Origin: an uncultured Candidatus Rokubacteria bacterium
GTDB lineage: Bacteria; Methylomirabilota; Methylomirabilia; Rokubacteriales; CSP1-6
NCBI GenBank assembly: GCA_963758635.1
Contig: CAVWWD010000003.1
Location: 704,001 to 768,000 of the forward strand
Length of the DNA: 64,000 bases
Direction: 5' to 3'
The translations under genes and the position numbers were made by a program. Positions 12,243 to 21,130 of the stretch are shown here, piece by piece (the first letter of the stretch is position 1; the number at the start of each line of letters is the position of its first letter). The notes under the pieces are model-generated. The model was not told where the DNA came from. It made no database searches and worked only from the letters and a program-made list of their open reading frames with translations.

Positions 12243-13274
12243 CTATTTCAGGCTCAGGAGGTAGGCGGCGAGGGCCTGCGACTGCTCGCCCCGCATCCCG
12301 AGGTTCGGCATGAGCACGCCCGGCTTCACGTGGTCGGGGTTCTCGACCCACTTGACCAGGTTCTCCCGCGTCGTCGGCAGGAGGCCGGCCGCGAAGGTCT
12401 TCCGGCTGCCGAAGTGGGTGAGGTTGGGCCCGAGCGTGCCGGCCGACATCCCCGCGATGGTGTGACAGCCCACGCACGCCGACTGGCTGAAGATCTCGCG
12501 GCCCTTCTGGGCCAGCGGGTCGGTCGGCTCCACCGGCGCCGCCTTCTGCGCCGCCACCCACTTCTCGAAGTCCTCCTTGGTGTGCACGATGGCGCGAAAG
12601 CGCATGTTGGCGTGGGAGGTGCCGCAGTACTCCGCGCACTGCCCGACGTATTCCCCGGGCGTGTCCGGGGTGAGCACGATCCGGTTGACCCGGGCCGGGA
12701 CGACGTCGCGCTTGCCGCCGAGCTGGGGGATCCAGAACGAGTGGATGACGTCCGGGGCGTTCAGGTGGAACGCGATGGTCTGGCCCACCGGCAGGTGGAC
12801 CTCGTTGGCGGTCACGATGCCGAGCGACGGGTACGTGAACTCCCACCACCACTGCCGCCCCCCCACGTCCACGCGCAGCGCGTTGGCCGACGGGGTCGCC
12901 TGGGTGGCGAACACGGCCTGGATGGTGGGAATGCCGATGATGAGCAGCACCACCGCGAACGCGACGGTCCAGCCGATCTCGAGCACGGTGTGCCCGTGCA
13001 CCTGCTTGGGGATGGGCGCGCCCGGCTTCTCGCGGAAGCGCCAGCAGACGTAGAGGAGCGCGCCCTCCACCGCGATGAAGATGACGAGGGTCGTCCACGA
13101 GATCAGCATGAAGATATCGTGGGTGAGCTTGCCGAAGTCGGACTTGGGGATGACCGTCGTCATCTTGGTGTCCCAGTCCCAGCCGACGAGGCCGCAGCCG
13201 GACGCGAGCAGGACGACGGCGAGGAGCGTGAGGAGGACGGCGGGGCCCGGGCGCCGGGCGTCGATCTGGCTCAT
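12243..13274 (-). CDS. ctaC: Cytochrome c oxidase subunit II with fused cytochrome c (caa3), lipoprotein
   Basis: Lipobox LASGC, QWWWEF, DVIHSFW, CuA CAEYCGTSHANM, heme c CVGCH, MPNLG. Confidence 0.96.
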   Translation of the reverse strand: MSQIDARRPGPAVLLTLLAVVLLASGCGLVGWDWDTKMTTVIPKSDFGKLTHDIFMLISWTTLVIFIAVEGALLYVCWRFREKPGAPIPKQVHGHTVLEIGWTVAFAVVLLIIGIPTIQAVFATQATPSANALRVDVGGRQWWWEFTYPSLGIVTANEVHLPVGQTIAFHLNAPDVIHSFWIPQLGGKRDVVPARVNRIVLTPDTPGEYVGQCAEYCGTSHANMRFRAIVHTKEDFEKWVAAQKAAPVEPTDPLAQKGREIFSQSACVGCHTIAGMSAGTLGPNLTHFGSRKTFAAGLLPTTRENLVKWVENPDHVKPGVLMPNLGMRGEQSQALAAYLLSLK

Positions 13275-13282
13275 AGACTCCT

Positions 13283-13558
13283 TCACCGTTCGGGGCTCGC
13301 CGCCGCCGGCGGCGTCGAGACCACGGAGGAGGCCACGGCGGGCCGTCCGAGGTCGAACACGGCCACCCAGCTCCGGGCGGCGAGGAAGAGCACCACGATC
13401 ACGGGGATCACCGTCCACAGCACGTCCGACCGCCGGCCGGGCCGGCCCGCGCGCGCGATGGCGTGGCGGGAGCGGAGCACGAACAGGACACCGCCCGCCT
13501 GGAACGCGAGGAACATGGTCAAAGCCAGGGCCAGCAGCAGGTGGAAGATCGTGGACAC
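13283..13558 (-). CDS. Small two-TM membrane protein resembling the CoxII membrane anchor
   Basis: GTG start with RBS GAGGGG; two hydrophobic helices; DVLWTVIPVIVVLFLA motif. Confidence 0.7.
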   Translation of the reverse strand: MSTIFHLLLALALTMFLAFQAGGVLFVLRSRHAIARAGRPGRRSDVLWTVIPVIVVLFLAARSWVAVFDLGRPAVASSVVSTPPAAASPER

Positions 13559-13603
13559 TACGTCCCCTCAGGAGTTGTGCTGGGTTCCCGCGATACGGGC
13601 GGG

Positions 13604-13647
13604 AGTCTACTTGATCGGGTTGTAAAAGCCAAGTGGAATGATTCACA
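13604..13647 (-). promoter_or_regulatory. Sigma70 promoter of the oxidase operon with adjacent CRP/FNR-family box
   Basis: TTGGCT(13632-13627)-17 bp-TAGACT(13609-13604); TGTGA-N6-CCACT at 13647-13632. Confidence 0.55.
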
Positions 13648-13761
13648 TGCTGGTCGCGCAGCAGCGTCACGACAGGCGTTTTTCGCGCAGCGACGCGCGG
13701 CCGAGAGTGGCCGGGTGAGGTGAGCCGAAGGCGAGCCGAACGAAATATGGCAATGAAGAGG

Positions 13762-13800
13762 CAAGGTGCGGGCGAGCGAAGCCCGGGTGCCCGCACCTTG
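13762..13800. repeat. Family C REP-like palindrome
   Basis: CAAGGTGCGGGC-GAGCGAAGCCCGGGT-GCCCGCACCTTG; near-identical to 28061-28094. Confidence 0.75.
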
Positions 13801-13806
13801 GTGACG

Positions 13807-15048
13807 TCAGCTCGCCAGGCGCAGGAGCGTGTGGAGCAGCACGTTGGCCCCCCGCTCGATGTCCTTCCAGCGGCTCATCTCGTCGGGGCGGTGGCTGCGG
13901 CCGCCCATCGAGGGGATGAACAGCATGCCCGAATCGGTCACGTGGGCGAGGTTCTGGGCGTCGTGGCCGGCCGCCGACGGCATCTGCCGGGAGCGGAGCC
14001 CGAGCGCGGCGCAGGTCTCGGCCACCGCGCGCATGACCCGGGGGGAGCAGCGCACGCCGTCCGTGCGCGACAGCGTCTCCACCTCCACGCGGCACTTCCG
14101 CCGGCGCGCCACCGCGCGCGCGAGGGCCTGACACTCGCGGTCGAGGCGGGCGAGGATCCGCGGCTCGAGCTCGCGCACCTCCTGGAGGAGGCGCGCGCGG
14201 GCGGGCACGATGTTCGACACCCCCGGGCCGAGCTCGATGTGGCCGAAGTTCGTGACGCTCCGCCCGCTCCCCTTGCGCACCACGTGATCGCGCGCGGCGA
14301 GCGCGTACTCGGCGGCGGCCAGGAACGCGTCCTTCCGGCGCTCCATCGGGGTGGCCCCGGCGTGGTCGGCTTGGCCGAGGAAGAGGAAGCGGTTGCGGCG
14401 GATGCCCACGATGCCCTCGACGACGCCGATCGGGATGCCCGCGGCCTCGAGGTGCGGGCCCTGCTCGATGTGGAGCTCGAGGTACGCGGCGAGCGTCCGC
14501 GGGTCGCAGCGGGCGCGGGGCGCCTCGCGCGCGTCGAAGCCCGCCTGCGCCATCGCATCCACGAGGAGCACGCCGTCGATGGCGCGGATCTCGGGGATGC
14601 GGGCGGCGTCGATGCGGCCCGTGAAGCAGCGCGACCCGAAGAGGCCGCCGTAGCGCCCCTCCTCGTCGCTCCACGCGGCCAGCGTCAGCGGCTTCCCCGG
14701 AGCGACTCCGGACTCCGCGATGGTCTGGAGCGCCTCGAGCCCGGCGAGCACGCCGAGCGCGCCGTCGAGCGGACCGCCCTCGGGCACCGTGTCGATGTGC
14801 GAGCCCGTCATGACCGTGGGGCCGTCGCCGCCGAGGCGGCCGAACGTGTTGCCCGCGGGATCCACCCAGGTGGTGAGGCCGGCGTCCTTCATGCGGGCGA
14901 TGAGCCAGGCCCGCGCCTCCTCGTGCGGCGGGCTCCAGCAGAAGCGGCTGATGCCCCGGCCGCCGGGATTGCGCCCGAAGACGGACAGCGCCTCGACGCT
15001 GGCGCGCAGCCGCGAGAGCGAGATGGCCGGCTTCGGGACCCGCGGCAT
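13807..15048 (-). CDS. M20-family Zn amidohydrolase (allantoate amidohydrolase/N-carbamoylase type)
   Basis: GSHIDTVPEGG..DGALGV, DEEGRY, ELHIEQGP, HAGATPM, AGHDA, SH.PDE. Confidence 0.92.
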   Translation of the reverse strand: MPRVPKPAISLSRLRASVEALSVFGRNPGGRGISRFCWSPPHEEARAWLIARMKDAGLTTWVDPAGNTFGRLGGDGPTVMTGSHIDTVPEGGPLDGALGVLAGLEALQTIAESGVAPGKPLTLAAWSDEEGRYGGLFGSRCFTGRIDAARIPEIRAIDGVLLVDAMAQAGFDAREAPRARCDPRTLAAYLELHIEQGPHLEAAGIPIGVVEGIVGIRRNRFLFLGQADHAGATPMERRKDAFLAAAEYALAARDHVVRKGSGRSVTNFGHIELGPGVSNIVPARARLLQEVRELEPRILARLDRECQALARAVARRRKCRVEVETLSRTDGVRCSPRVMRAVAETCAALGLRSRQMPSAAGHDAQNLAHVTDSGMLFIPSMGGRSHRPDEMSRWKDIERGANVLLHTLLRLAS

Positions 15049-15050
15049 GC

Positions 15051-15236
15051 CTACAGGAACCCCGGGCCCTGATGCTCGCAGTAGCCGTCGCCGACGAAGG
15101 AGCGCCAGACGCCGCCGTCGCGGCTGCAGCGCGCGGCGAGCTCGTCGATGGTGTAGGTGGGAGGGATGGGCACGGAGCTGCATCCCGCGAGCCACGTCGT
15201 CACGCACAGGAGCAGGACGCCGAGCGAGCGTGTCAT
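15051..15236 (-). CDS. Small lipoprotein, hypothetical
   Basis: MTRSLGVLLLCVTTWLAGC lipobox; mature part has a Cys pair (RCSRDGGVW...GYCE). Confidence 0.7.
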   Translation of the reverse strand: MTRSLGVLLLCVTTWLAGCSSVPIPPTYTIDELAARCSRDGGVWRSFVGDGYCEHQGPGFL

Positions 15237-15265
15237 GCCGGGAGTATACAGCCCGGCCCGGATGC

Positions 15266-15364
15266 GGGATCTGAACGAATGGCGAAACGGCACTCCGCGT
15301 GTACGCACAAGCGCGGTGTTGGCCCGCTCGCCGACGTTGAAATCCGCATTCCTTCACGACCTCG
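15266..15364. repeat. Family B MITE-like repeat, copy 3
   Basis: Imperfect inverted ends CGGGATCTGAACGAATG / CATTCCTTCACGACCTCG; lies between divergent genes. Confidence 0.75.
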
Positions 15365-15387
15365 ATGCGGGTAGGCTGGGGGCGACG

Positions 15388-16308
15388 ATGCCGTCCGCCT
15401 CGCGTACCGCCCGTACCGCGTCACTCGAGATCGGCTACGAGGAGCACGGAGACCCTCACGGGCTCCCCGTGATCCTCCTCCACGGGTTCCCGGACGACGT
15501 CCGCGCGTGGGACGGCGTGGCGCCGCGCCTCGTCGCCGCCGGCCACCGCGTGATCGCCCCGTACCTGCGCGGCTACGGGCCCACGCGGTTCCTCGATCGA
15601 TCGGAGCCGCGCATGGCCCAGCAAGCGGCCATCGGCCAGGACCTGCTCGACCTGATGAACGCGCTCTCGCTCCCGCGCGTGGCCCTGGCCGGCTACGACT
15701 GGGGCGGCCGGGCCGCGTGCATCGCGAGCATCCTCGCCCCGGAGCGCGTCGCCGCGCTCGTCACCATCGGCGGCTACAACGTCCAGAACACCCTCACGCC
15801 GTCGCGGCCGGCCTCGGCCCCCGAGGAGCGCCTGGCCTGGTACCAGTGGTACTTCAACACCGAGCGGGGCCGGGCGGGCCTCACGCAGAACCGGCGCGAC
15901 ATCTGCCGGCTGCTATGGCAGGAATGGTCGCCGACCTGGCGCTTCGCCGACGCCACCTTCGAGCGGACCGCGGCCTCGTTCGACAACCCGGACTTCGTGG
16001 ACGTGGTGATCCACTCGTACCGCCACCGCCACGGCAACGCGCCGGGCGACCCTCGCCTCGACGCGATCGAGCGCCGGCTAGCCGAACGCCCGGCGATCCC
16101 GGTGCCGACGATGCTGCTCCACGGGGCCGAGGATCCGTTCGAGCGCACGCGGCGTCACGATCCGCCGATGGCCCTCTTCCTGCCGGGGACCGAGCGCCGG
16201 ACCGTGCCCGACGCCGGCCACTTCATGCCGCACGAGCAGCCGGCCGCGGTGGCCTCGGCGCTGCTCGAGCTGCTCGCCGCCTCACGCGCGCGCGCGGCCA
16301 GGCTCTGA
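15388..16308 (+). CDS. Alpha/beta hydrolase (epoxide hydrolase-like)
   Basis: LLHGFPD, PYLRGYG, GYDWGG (Asp nucleophile), GHFMPHE. Confidence 0.92.
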   Translation: MPSASRTARTASLEIGYEEHGDPHGLPVILLHGFPDDVRAWDGVAPRLVAAGHRVIAPYLRGYGPTRFLDRSEPRMAQQAAIGQDLLDLMNALSLPRVALAGYDWGGRAACIASILAPERVAALVTIGGYNVQNTLTPSRPASAPEERLAWYQWYFNTERGRAGLTQNRRDICRLLWQEWSPTWRFADATFERTAASFDNPDFVDVVIHSYRHRHGNAPGDPRLDAIERRLAERPAIPVPTMLLHGAEDPFERTRRHDPPMALFLPGTERRTVPDAGHFMPHEQPAAVASALLELLAASRARAARL

Positions 16309-16331
16309 GCCGCGCCCGGACGGTCCAGACC

Positions 16332-16384
16332 TTGACACTCCCTCCGGGGCCCCCGTATCATGAGCCACTGAACCGCCGTTCAGT
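16332..16384 (+). promoter_or_regulatory. Sigma70 promoter plus palindromic operator for the acyl-CoA dehydrogenase operon
   Basis: TTGACA(16332)-18 bp-TATCAT(16356); perfect inverted repeat ACTGAAC-CGCC-GTTCAGT at 16367-16384. Confidence 0.7.
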
Positions 16385-16395
16385 CTCTTCTATCG

Positions 16396-16557
16396 AGCCC
16401 CGCGCATCAGACTAATGCCGAGCGGTGGGATTGTAGGGGCCCGTGGCGGTTACCGTATTCTGCGAGGGTCATTAGTGAGCCTCGCGCATCAGACTAATGC
16501 CCGAGCGGTGGGACTACAGGGGCCCGTGGCGTTACCGTGTTCTGCGAGGGTCACTAG
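16396..16557. repeat. Family A repeat, two tandem copies (82-bp period)
   Basis: 16396-16475 and 16478-16557 match 1-80; 17-bp left-end fragment also at 23082-23098. Confidence 0.88.
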
Positions 16558-16590
16558 CGGTCTCGTCACCCAGGCCACGCAGGAGGAAGC

Positions 16591-17787
16591 ATGGATCTCA
16601 CGCTGACCCCCGACCAGCAGGCGTTCCGCACGAGAGTCCGCACCTGGCTCAAGGACAACCTCCCCTCGGACTGGGTCGCGCGCGTGCGCGGCAACTCCGA
16701 CATCCCACGCCCCGAGGCGTACGAGTGGATGCGACAGTGGCAGCGCAAGATGCACGAGGCCGGCCTCGTGGGGATCACGTGGCCGAAGGAGGCGGGCGGG
16801 CAGGGGCTCACCTTCATGGAAGAGCTGATCTGCGCCGAGGAGATCGCGCTCGCCAAGGGCCCGACCGTGCTCAACATCCTCGCCATCGGCATGGCGGGGC
16901 CCACGATCATCGCCTACGGGACCGACGAGCAGAAGCGGCGCTATCCGCCGAAGATGCTCTCGTGCGAGGAGATCTGGTGCCAGGGGTACTCGGAGCCGAA
17001 CGCGGGCTCGGACCTGGCGTCGCTCGGGACCCGCGCCGTCCGGGACGGCGAGCACTTCGTGATCAACGGGCAGAAGGTGTGGACCTCGCTGGCCCACATC
17101 GCCGACTGGATGATGCTGCTCGCCCGCACCGACACCGAGGCGCCGAAGCACAAGGGCATCACGTACTTCCTCCTCGACATGAAGGCCCCGGGCGTGACCG
17201 TGAAGCCGCTCCGCCAGATCACCGGCGAGGCCGAGTTCAACGAGGTGTACTTCGACAACGTCCGCGTGCACGAGTCCCAGATCCTGGGCGGGCTCAACAA
17301 CGGCTGGCAGGTCGGCCTGACCACGCTCATGTACGAGCGCCTGGCGCTAGGTTTCGGGCTGCAGGTGCGCCTGCGGATCGCGCTCGACAGCCTCGTGGAC
17401 CTCGCGCGCCAGACGAAGAAGAACGGCGGCACCGCCGCCCAGGACCCGGTGATCCGCCAGAAGCTCGCCCAGCTCTGGATCGATACCGAGGCCTTCAGGT
17501 ACACGGGGGCGCGCGCCATCACGAAGCTCCTCCGCGGCGAGATGCCGGGCCCCGAGGCCTCGGCGGGCAAGCTCATGTGGGTCGAGGGGCACCAGCGGCT
17601 GCAGGAGCTGGCGATGGAGATCGAGGGGCCGTACGCGCAGCTCATGAAGGGCAGCGAGTGGGCGGTGGCCGACGGGCTCTGGCAGCACACGTTCCTGCGC
17701 TCGCGCGCGAACTCCATCGAGGGCGGGACCACCGAGATCCAGCGCAACATCATCGGCGAGCGCGTGCTCGGCCTCCCGAAAGGCTAG
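16591..17787 (+). CDS. Acyl-CoA dehydrogenase (catalytic subunit type)
   Basis: WCQGYSEPNAGSDLA, NGQKVWTS, EFNEVYFDNV, LMYER, SIEGGTTEIQRNII. Confidence 0.95.
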   Translation: MDLTLTPDQQAFRTRVRTWLKDNLPSDWVARVRGNSDIPRPEAYEWMRQWQRKMHEAGLVGITWPKEAGGQGLTFMEELICAEEIALAKGPTVLNILAIGMAGPTIIAYGTDEQKRRYPPKMLSCEEIWCQGYSEPNAGSDLASLGTRAVRDGEHFVINGQKVWTSLAHIADWMMLLARTDTEAPKHKGITYFLLDMKAPGVTVKPLRQITGEAEFNEVYFDNVRVHESQILGGLNNGWQVGLTTLMYERLALGFGLQVRLRIALDSLVDLARQTKKNGGTAAQDPVIRQKLAQLWIDTEAFRYTGARAITKLLRGEMPGPEASAGKLMWVEGHQRLQELAMEIEGPYAQLMKGSEWAVADGLWQHTFLRSRANSIEGGTTEIQRNIIGERVLGLPKG

Positions 17788-17791
17788 CCCC

Positions 17792-18931
17792 ATGAACTTC
17801 GGCTTCAACGAGGAACAGGAGCTCCTGCGCAGCACCGCGCGGAAGTTCGTCGACAACGAGTGCCCGTCCACCGTCGTCCGCGCCCTCATGGAAGGGCCCG
17901 AGGGCATGTCCCCGGAGCTGTGGGGCAAGATCGCCGAGCAGGGCTGGCTCGGGCTCGTCTACCCCGAGGCGTACGGCGGGATGGCGCTCGGCGTGGTGGA
18001 CCTGGTCGTGCTGATGGAGGAGATGGGCCGCGGCGTCGTCCCCGGCCCCTACTTCTCCACCGTGCTCCTGGGCGGCCTCGCCATCCTCGAGGCGGGGAGC
18101 GAGGCGCAGAAGAAGGAGTGGCTGCCCCCGATCGCCGCCGGCGACAAGCGCGTGACCCTCGCGTGGATGGAGCCCTCGGCGACCCTGCCGCCCCAGGGCA
18201 TCACGCTCTCGGCCACGCCGAGCGGGGGGCGGTTCACGCTCTCCGGCACGAAGCTCTTCGTGCCCGACGCCCACACCGCCGACGCCATCGTGGTGGCGGC
18301 GCGCACCGGCGGCGGCGCGGGAGCGGAGGCGGGGGTCAGCCTGTTCCTGCTGCCGCGCGCCACGCGCGGCCTCGAGATCAAGCTCCTGCCCACCATGGAC
18401 CAGACGCGGAAGCTCTGCGAGGTGACGCTCGGCGGCGTGACCGTCGGCCGCGACGCGCTGCTCGGAGAGGCGGGGGCGGCGTGGGCGCCGCTGGCGCGCG
18501 TGCTCGACCGCGCCACCGTGGCCCTCTGCGCGGAGATGTGCGGCGGCGCCCAGCGCGTGCTGGACATGACCGTGGAGTACGCGAAGGTGCGCCAGGCCTT
18601 CGGGCGGCCGATCGGCTCGTACCAGGGCGTCAAGCACCGCGCCGCCGACATGCTCGTCGACGTGGAGAACAGCAAGTCGATCACGTACTACGCGGCGTGG
18701 GCCATGGACGAGAGCGCGGCCGAGGGGCCGCTCGCCGTCAGCATGGCCAAGGCGTACGTCTCCGACGCGTACCGGCGGGTGGCCGCGGCGGGCATCCAGC
18801 TCCACGGCGGCATCGGCTTCACCTGGGAGCACGACCTGCACCTCTACTTCAAGCGCGCCAAGGGATCGGAGTTCACCTTCGGCGACGCGACCCACCATCG
18901 CGAGCGCGTCGCCCAGCTCGTGAACCTGTAG
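17792..18931 (+). CDS. Acyl-CoA dehydrogenase (partner subunit type)
   Basis: RQAFGRPIGSYQGVKH, IQLHGGIGFTWEHDLH. Confidence 0.95.
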   Translation: MNFGFNEEQELLRSTARKFVDNECPSTVVRALMEGPEGMSPELWGKIAEQGWLGLVYPEAYGGMALGVVDLVVLMEEMGRGVVPGPYFSTVLLGGLAILEAGSEAQKKEWLPPIAAGDKRVTLAWMEPSATLPPQGITLSATPSGGRFTLSGTKLFVPDAHTADAIVVAARTGGGAGAEAGVSLFLLPRATRGLEIKLLPTMDQTRKLCEVTLGGVTVGRDALLGEAGAAWAPLARVLDRATVALCAEMCGGAQRVLDMTVEYAKVRQAFGRPIGSYQGVKHRAADMLVDVENSKSITYYAAWAMDESAAEGPLAVSMAKAYVSDAYRRVAAAGIQLHGGIGFTWEHDLHLYFKRAKGSEFTFGDATHHRERVAQLVNL

Positions 18932-18957
18932 GGGAGCGCGGGGCGGCCGGCGCGCCC

Positions 18958-20286
18958 ATGCTCGACGGCGTCCGTCAGCGGATGTCCCGGTGGATGGGGC
19001 GGCCCGCGGCCGCGGAGACCCCCGCCTACCCGCTGATCTTCGCCGACCACGCGGAGATCCGGGACATCGCCCAGCAGCTCGCCCGGACGAAGATCGAGCT
19101 CGATCGCTCCGTGCTCGGCCTGCGCGGCTGGGCCCGCGACCTGAGCCGGCGCCTCGGGGAGGCTCCCGCGCAGGTGGAGCAGGGTGTGGACCTCCGCGCC
19201 CTCGGCGAGACGGTGGGCGGGCTCGCCCACAACTTCAACAACTCGCTCGCCGCCATCCTCGCCTACACCGAGCTCCTCCTGAAGGAGGTGCAGACCGACA
19301 CCGCCCAGCGCCGGCTCAAGGTGATCCGCGACGTGGCGCTGGAAGCGTCGGTCTCGGTGCGGCGCTTCCAGGAGCTGGTGTCGCGCGAGCCCCAGGTGGC
19401 CTTCGGCCCGGTGGGACTCCCTGGCGTGGTGACCGAGGCCCTCGCCATCACGGCGCCGCGGTGGCGTGACGAGGCGGAGCGCCGCGGCATCGTCATCAAC
19501 GTGGTCCAGGACCTGGAGTCCGTGCCCCCCGTCGAGGGCAACGCGTTCGAGCTGCGCGACGCGCTGATCAATCTCATCCAGAACGCGGTGAGCGCCATGC
19601 CCCAGGGCGGCACCCTCACCATCCGCGCGAGCAGCGAGGAGTCGGGCGGGGTGGCCGTCGAGATCCACGACACGGGGGTCGGGATGCCCGAGGCGCTGCG
19701 GCGCGGGCTCACCGACCGCTCGCTCGACTCCTCCGCCGACGAGCGCGCGCGCGGCCTCGCGCAGGTGCTGGACATCGTCGAGCGGCACGGCGGCGGCCTC
19801 GGGGTGGACGGCGGCGAGGGCCAGGGGACCACGGTGCGCATGCGGCTGCACGCGAGCCGCTTCCAGATCATCCCGCCGTCGGAGGGGACGGTCGAGGCGC
19901 TCGAGCCCGATCAGGCCGTCCGCGTGCTCCTGGTGGACGACGACCAGCGCCTGGTCACCGTGCTCTCGGACATGCTGCGCTCGGGCGGCCACGCGGTGAC
20001 GACCGCGACCACCGGCGAGGAGGCGGTCGCGCTCTTCGATCCCGCCGCCCACGACGTGGTCATCACCGACCTCGGGATGCCGAAGATGAATGGCTGGGAG
20101 GTGGCCGAGCGCATCAAGACGACGGCGCCCGCGACCCGCGTGTTCGTGCTGACCGGGTGGGGCGAGAGCGTCACGCCGGGCGAGAAGAGCCGCTTCGTGG
20201 ACCAGGTCATCGCCAAGCCCATCTCGGCGGATGCGCTCCTCGGCGAGCTCGCCGGGCTGTCCCGCGTGCGAGCGGCCGGCCGGTGA
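18958..20286 (+). CDS. Cytoplasmic hybrid histidine kinase/response regulator
   Basis: H-box LAHNFNN, N-box NLIQNA, DTGVGM; C-terminal receiver LLVDDD..TDLGMP..LTGW..KP. Confidence 0.88.
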   Translation: MLDGVRQRMSRWMGRPAAAETPAYPLIFADHAEIRDIAQQLARTKIELDRSVLGLRGWARDLSRRLGEAPAQVEQGVDLRALGETVGGLAHNFNNSLAAILAYTELLLKEVQTDTAQRRLKVIRDVALEASVSVRRFQELVSREPQVAFGPVGLPGVVTEALAITAPRWRDEAERRGIVINVVQDLESVPPVEGNAFELRDALINLIQNAVSAMPQGGTLTIRASSEESGGVAVEIHDTGVGMPEALRRGLTDRSLDSSADERARGLAQVLDIVERHGGGLGVDGGEGQGTTVRMRLHASRFQIIPPSEGTVEALEPDQAVRVLLVDDDQRLVTVLSDMLRSGGHAVTTATTGEEAVALFDPAAHDVVITDLGMPKMNGWEVAERIKTTAPATRVFVLTGWGESVTPGEKSRFVDQVIAKPISADALLGELAGLSRVRAAGR

Positions 20287-21104
20287 GCGTTCCGCCCGCG
20301 CCCGGCCCGACCGTCGCCGTGCCCCGGCCCGCCGCCTCCGTCGTCCTCGTGCGGCCGGGCGGCGGCGGGGGCGTCGAGGTCTACATGATCCGTCGCGACA
20401 AGTCCATGCGGTTCCTCGGCGGCTGGTTCGCCTTCCCCGGCGGCAAGGTCGACACCGGCGACGGCGGCGACGACGTGGTGGCGCGCTGTCGCGGCCTGAC
20501 CCGTGAGGCCGCCTCCCGTGTCCTGCCGGAGCTGGACGGGATCCCGCCCATCGCCTTCTGGGTGACGGCGGCGCGCGAGCTCTGCGAGGAGACCGGCCTC
20601 CTGCTGGCCTCGGACGGCGACGGCCGGCCGCTCGACCTGGGGGACGCCGCGGTGGCCGCGGGCGTCGAGCGCGTGCGCCGCGGGCTCATGGCCGCCGACA
20701 CGCCGCTCGGCGACTTGCTGGCGAAGGAAGGCTGGTGGCTCGACCTCGGCTCGCTGCGGTACCTCTCGCACTTCATCACGCCGCCGTCGAGCCCGATCCG
20801 GTTCACCGCGCGCTTCTTCCTCGCCCCCGTTCCCGAGGGGCAGAGCCCGCGGCTCTACACGGAGGAGGCCTCGGAGGCCTTCTGGATCGATCCCCGCGAC
20901 GGGCTCACGCGCTTCGAGAAGGGCGAGATGCCCATGGCCGAGCCGGGATCGTCGGGGCTCAGCTACCTCGCGGAGTTCCCGAGCACCGAGACGCTGTGGG
21001 CGGCCCACGCCGACGGACGGCACAAGTTTCACGGGATCGACGACCGCCTCATCGCGCTCGGGCTCCGGCTGGCCCCGCGCCCCGGCGCGCCCCCGCGCCG
21101 GTAG
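20283..21104 (+). CDS. NUDIX hydrolase (NUDT19-like, acyl-CoA associated)
   Basis: PRPAASVVLVR, FPGGKVD, AARELCEETG, HFITP..RFTARFF. Confidence 0.88.
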   Translation: MSVPPAPGPTVAVPRPAASVVLVRPGGGGGVEVYMIRRDKSMRFLGGWFAFPGGKVDTGDGGDDVVARCRGLTREAASRVLPELDGIPPIAFWVTAARELCEETGLLLASDGDGRPLDLGDAAVAAGVERVRRGLMAADTPLGDLLAKEGWWLDLGSLRYLSHFITPPSSPIRFTARFFLAPVPEGQSPRLYTEEASEAFWIDPRDGLTRFEKGEMPMAEPGSSGLSYLAEFPSTETLWAAHADGRHKFHGIDDRLIALGLRLAPRPGAPPRR

Positions 21105-21130
21105 CCGCGCTGGCCCGCGGACGTCCGGCC

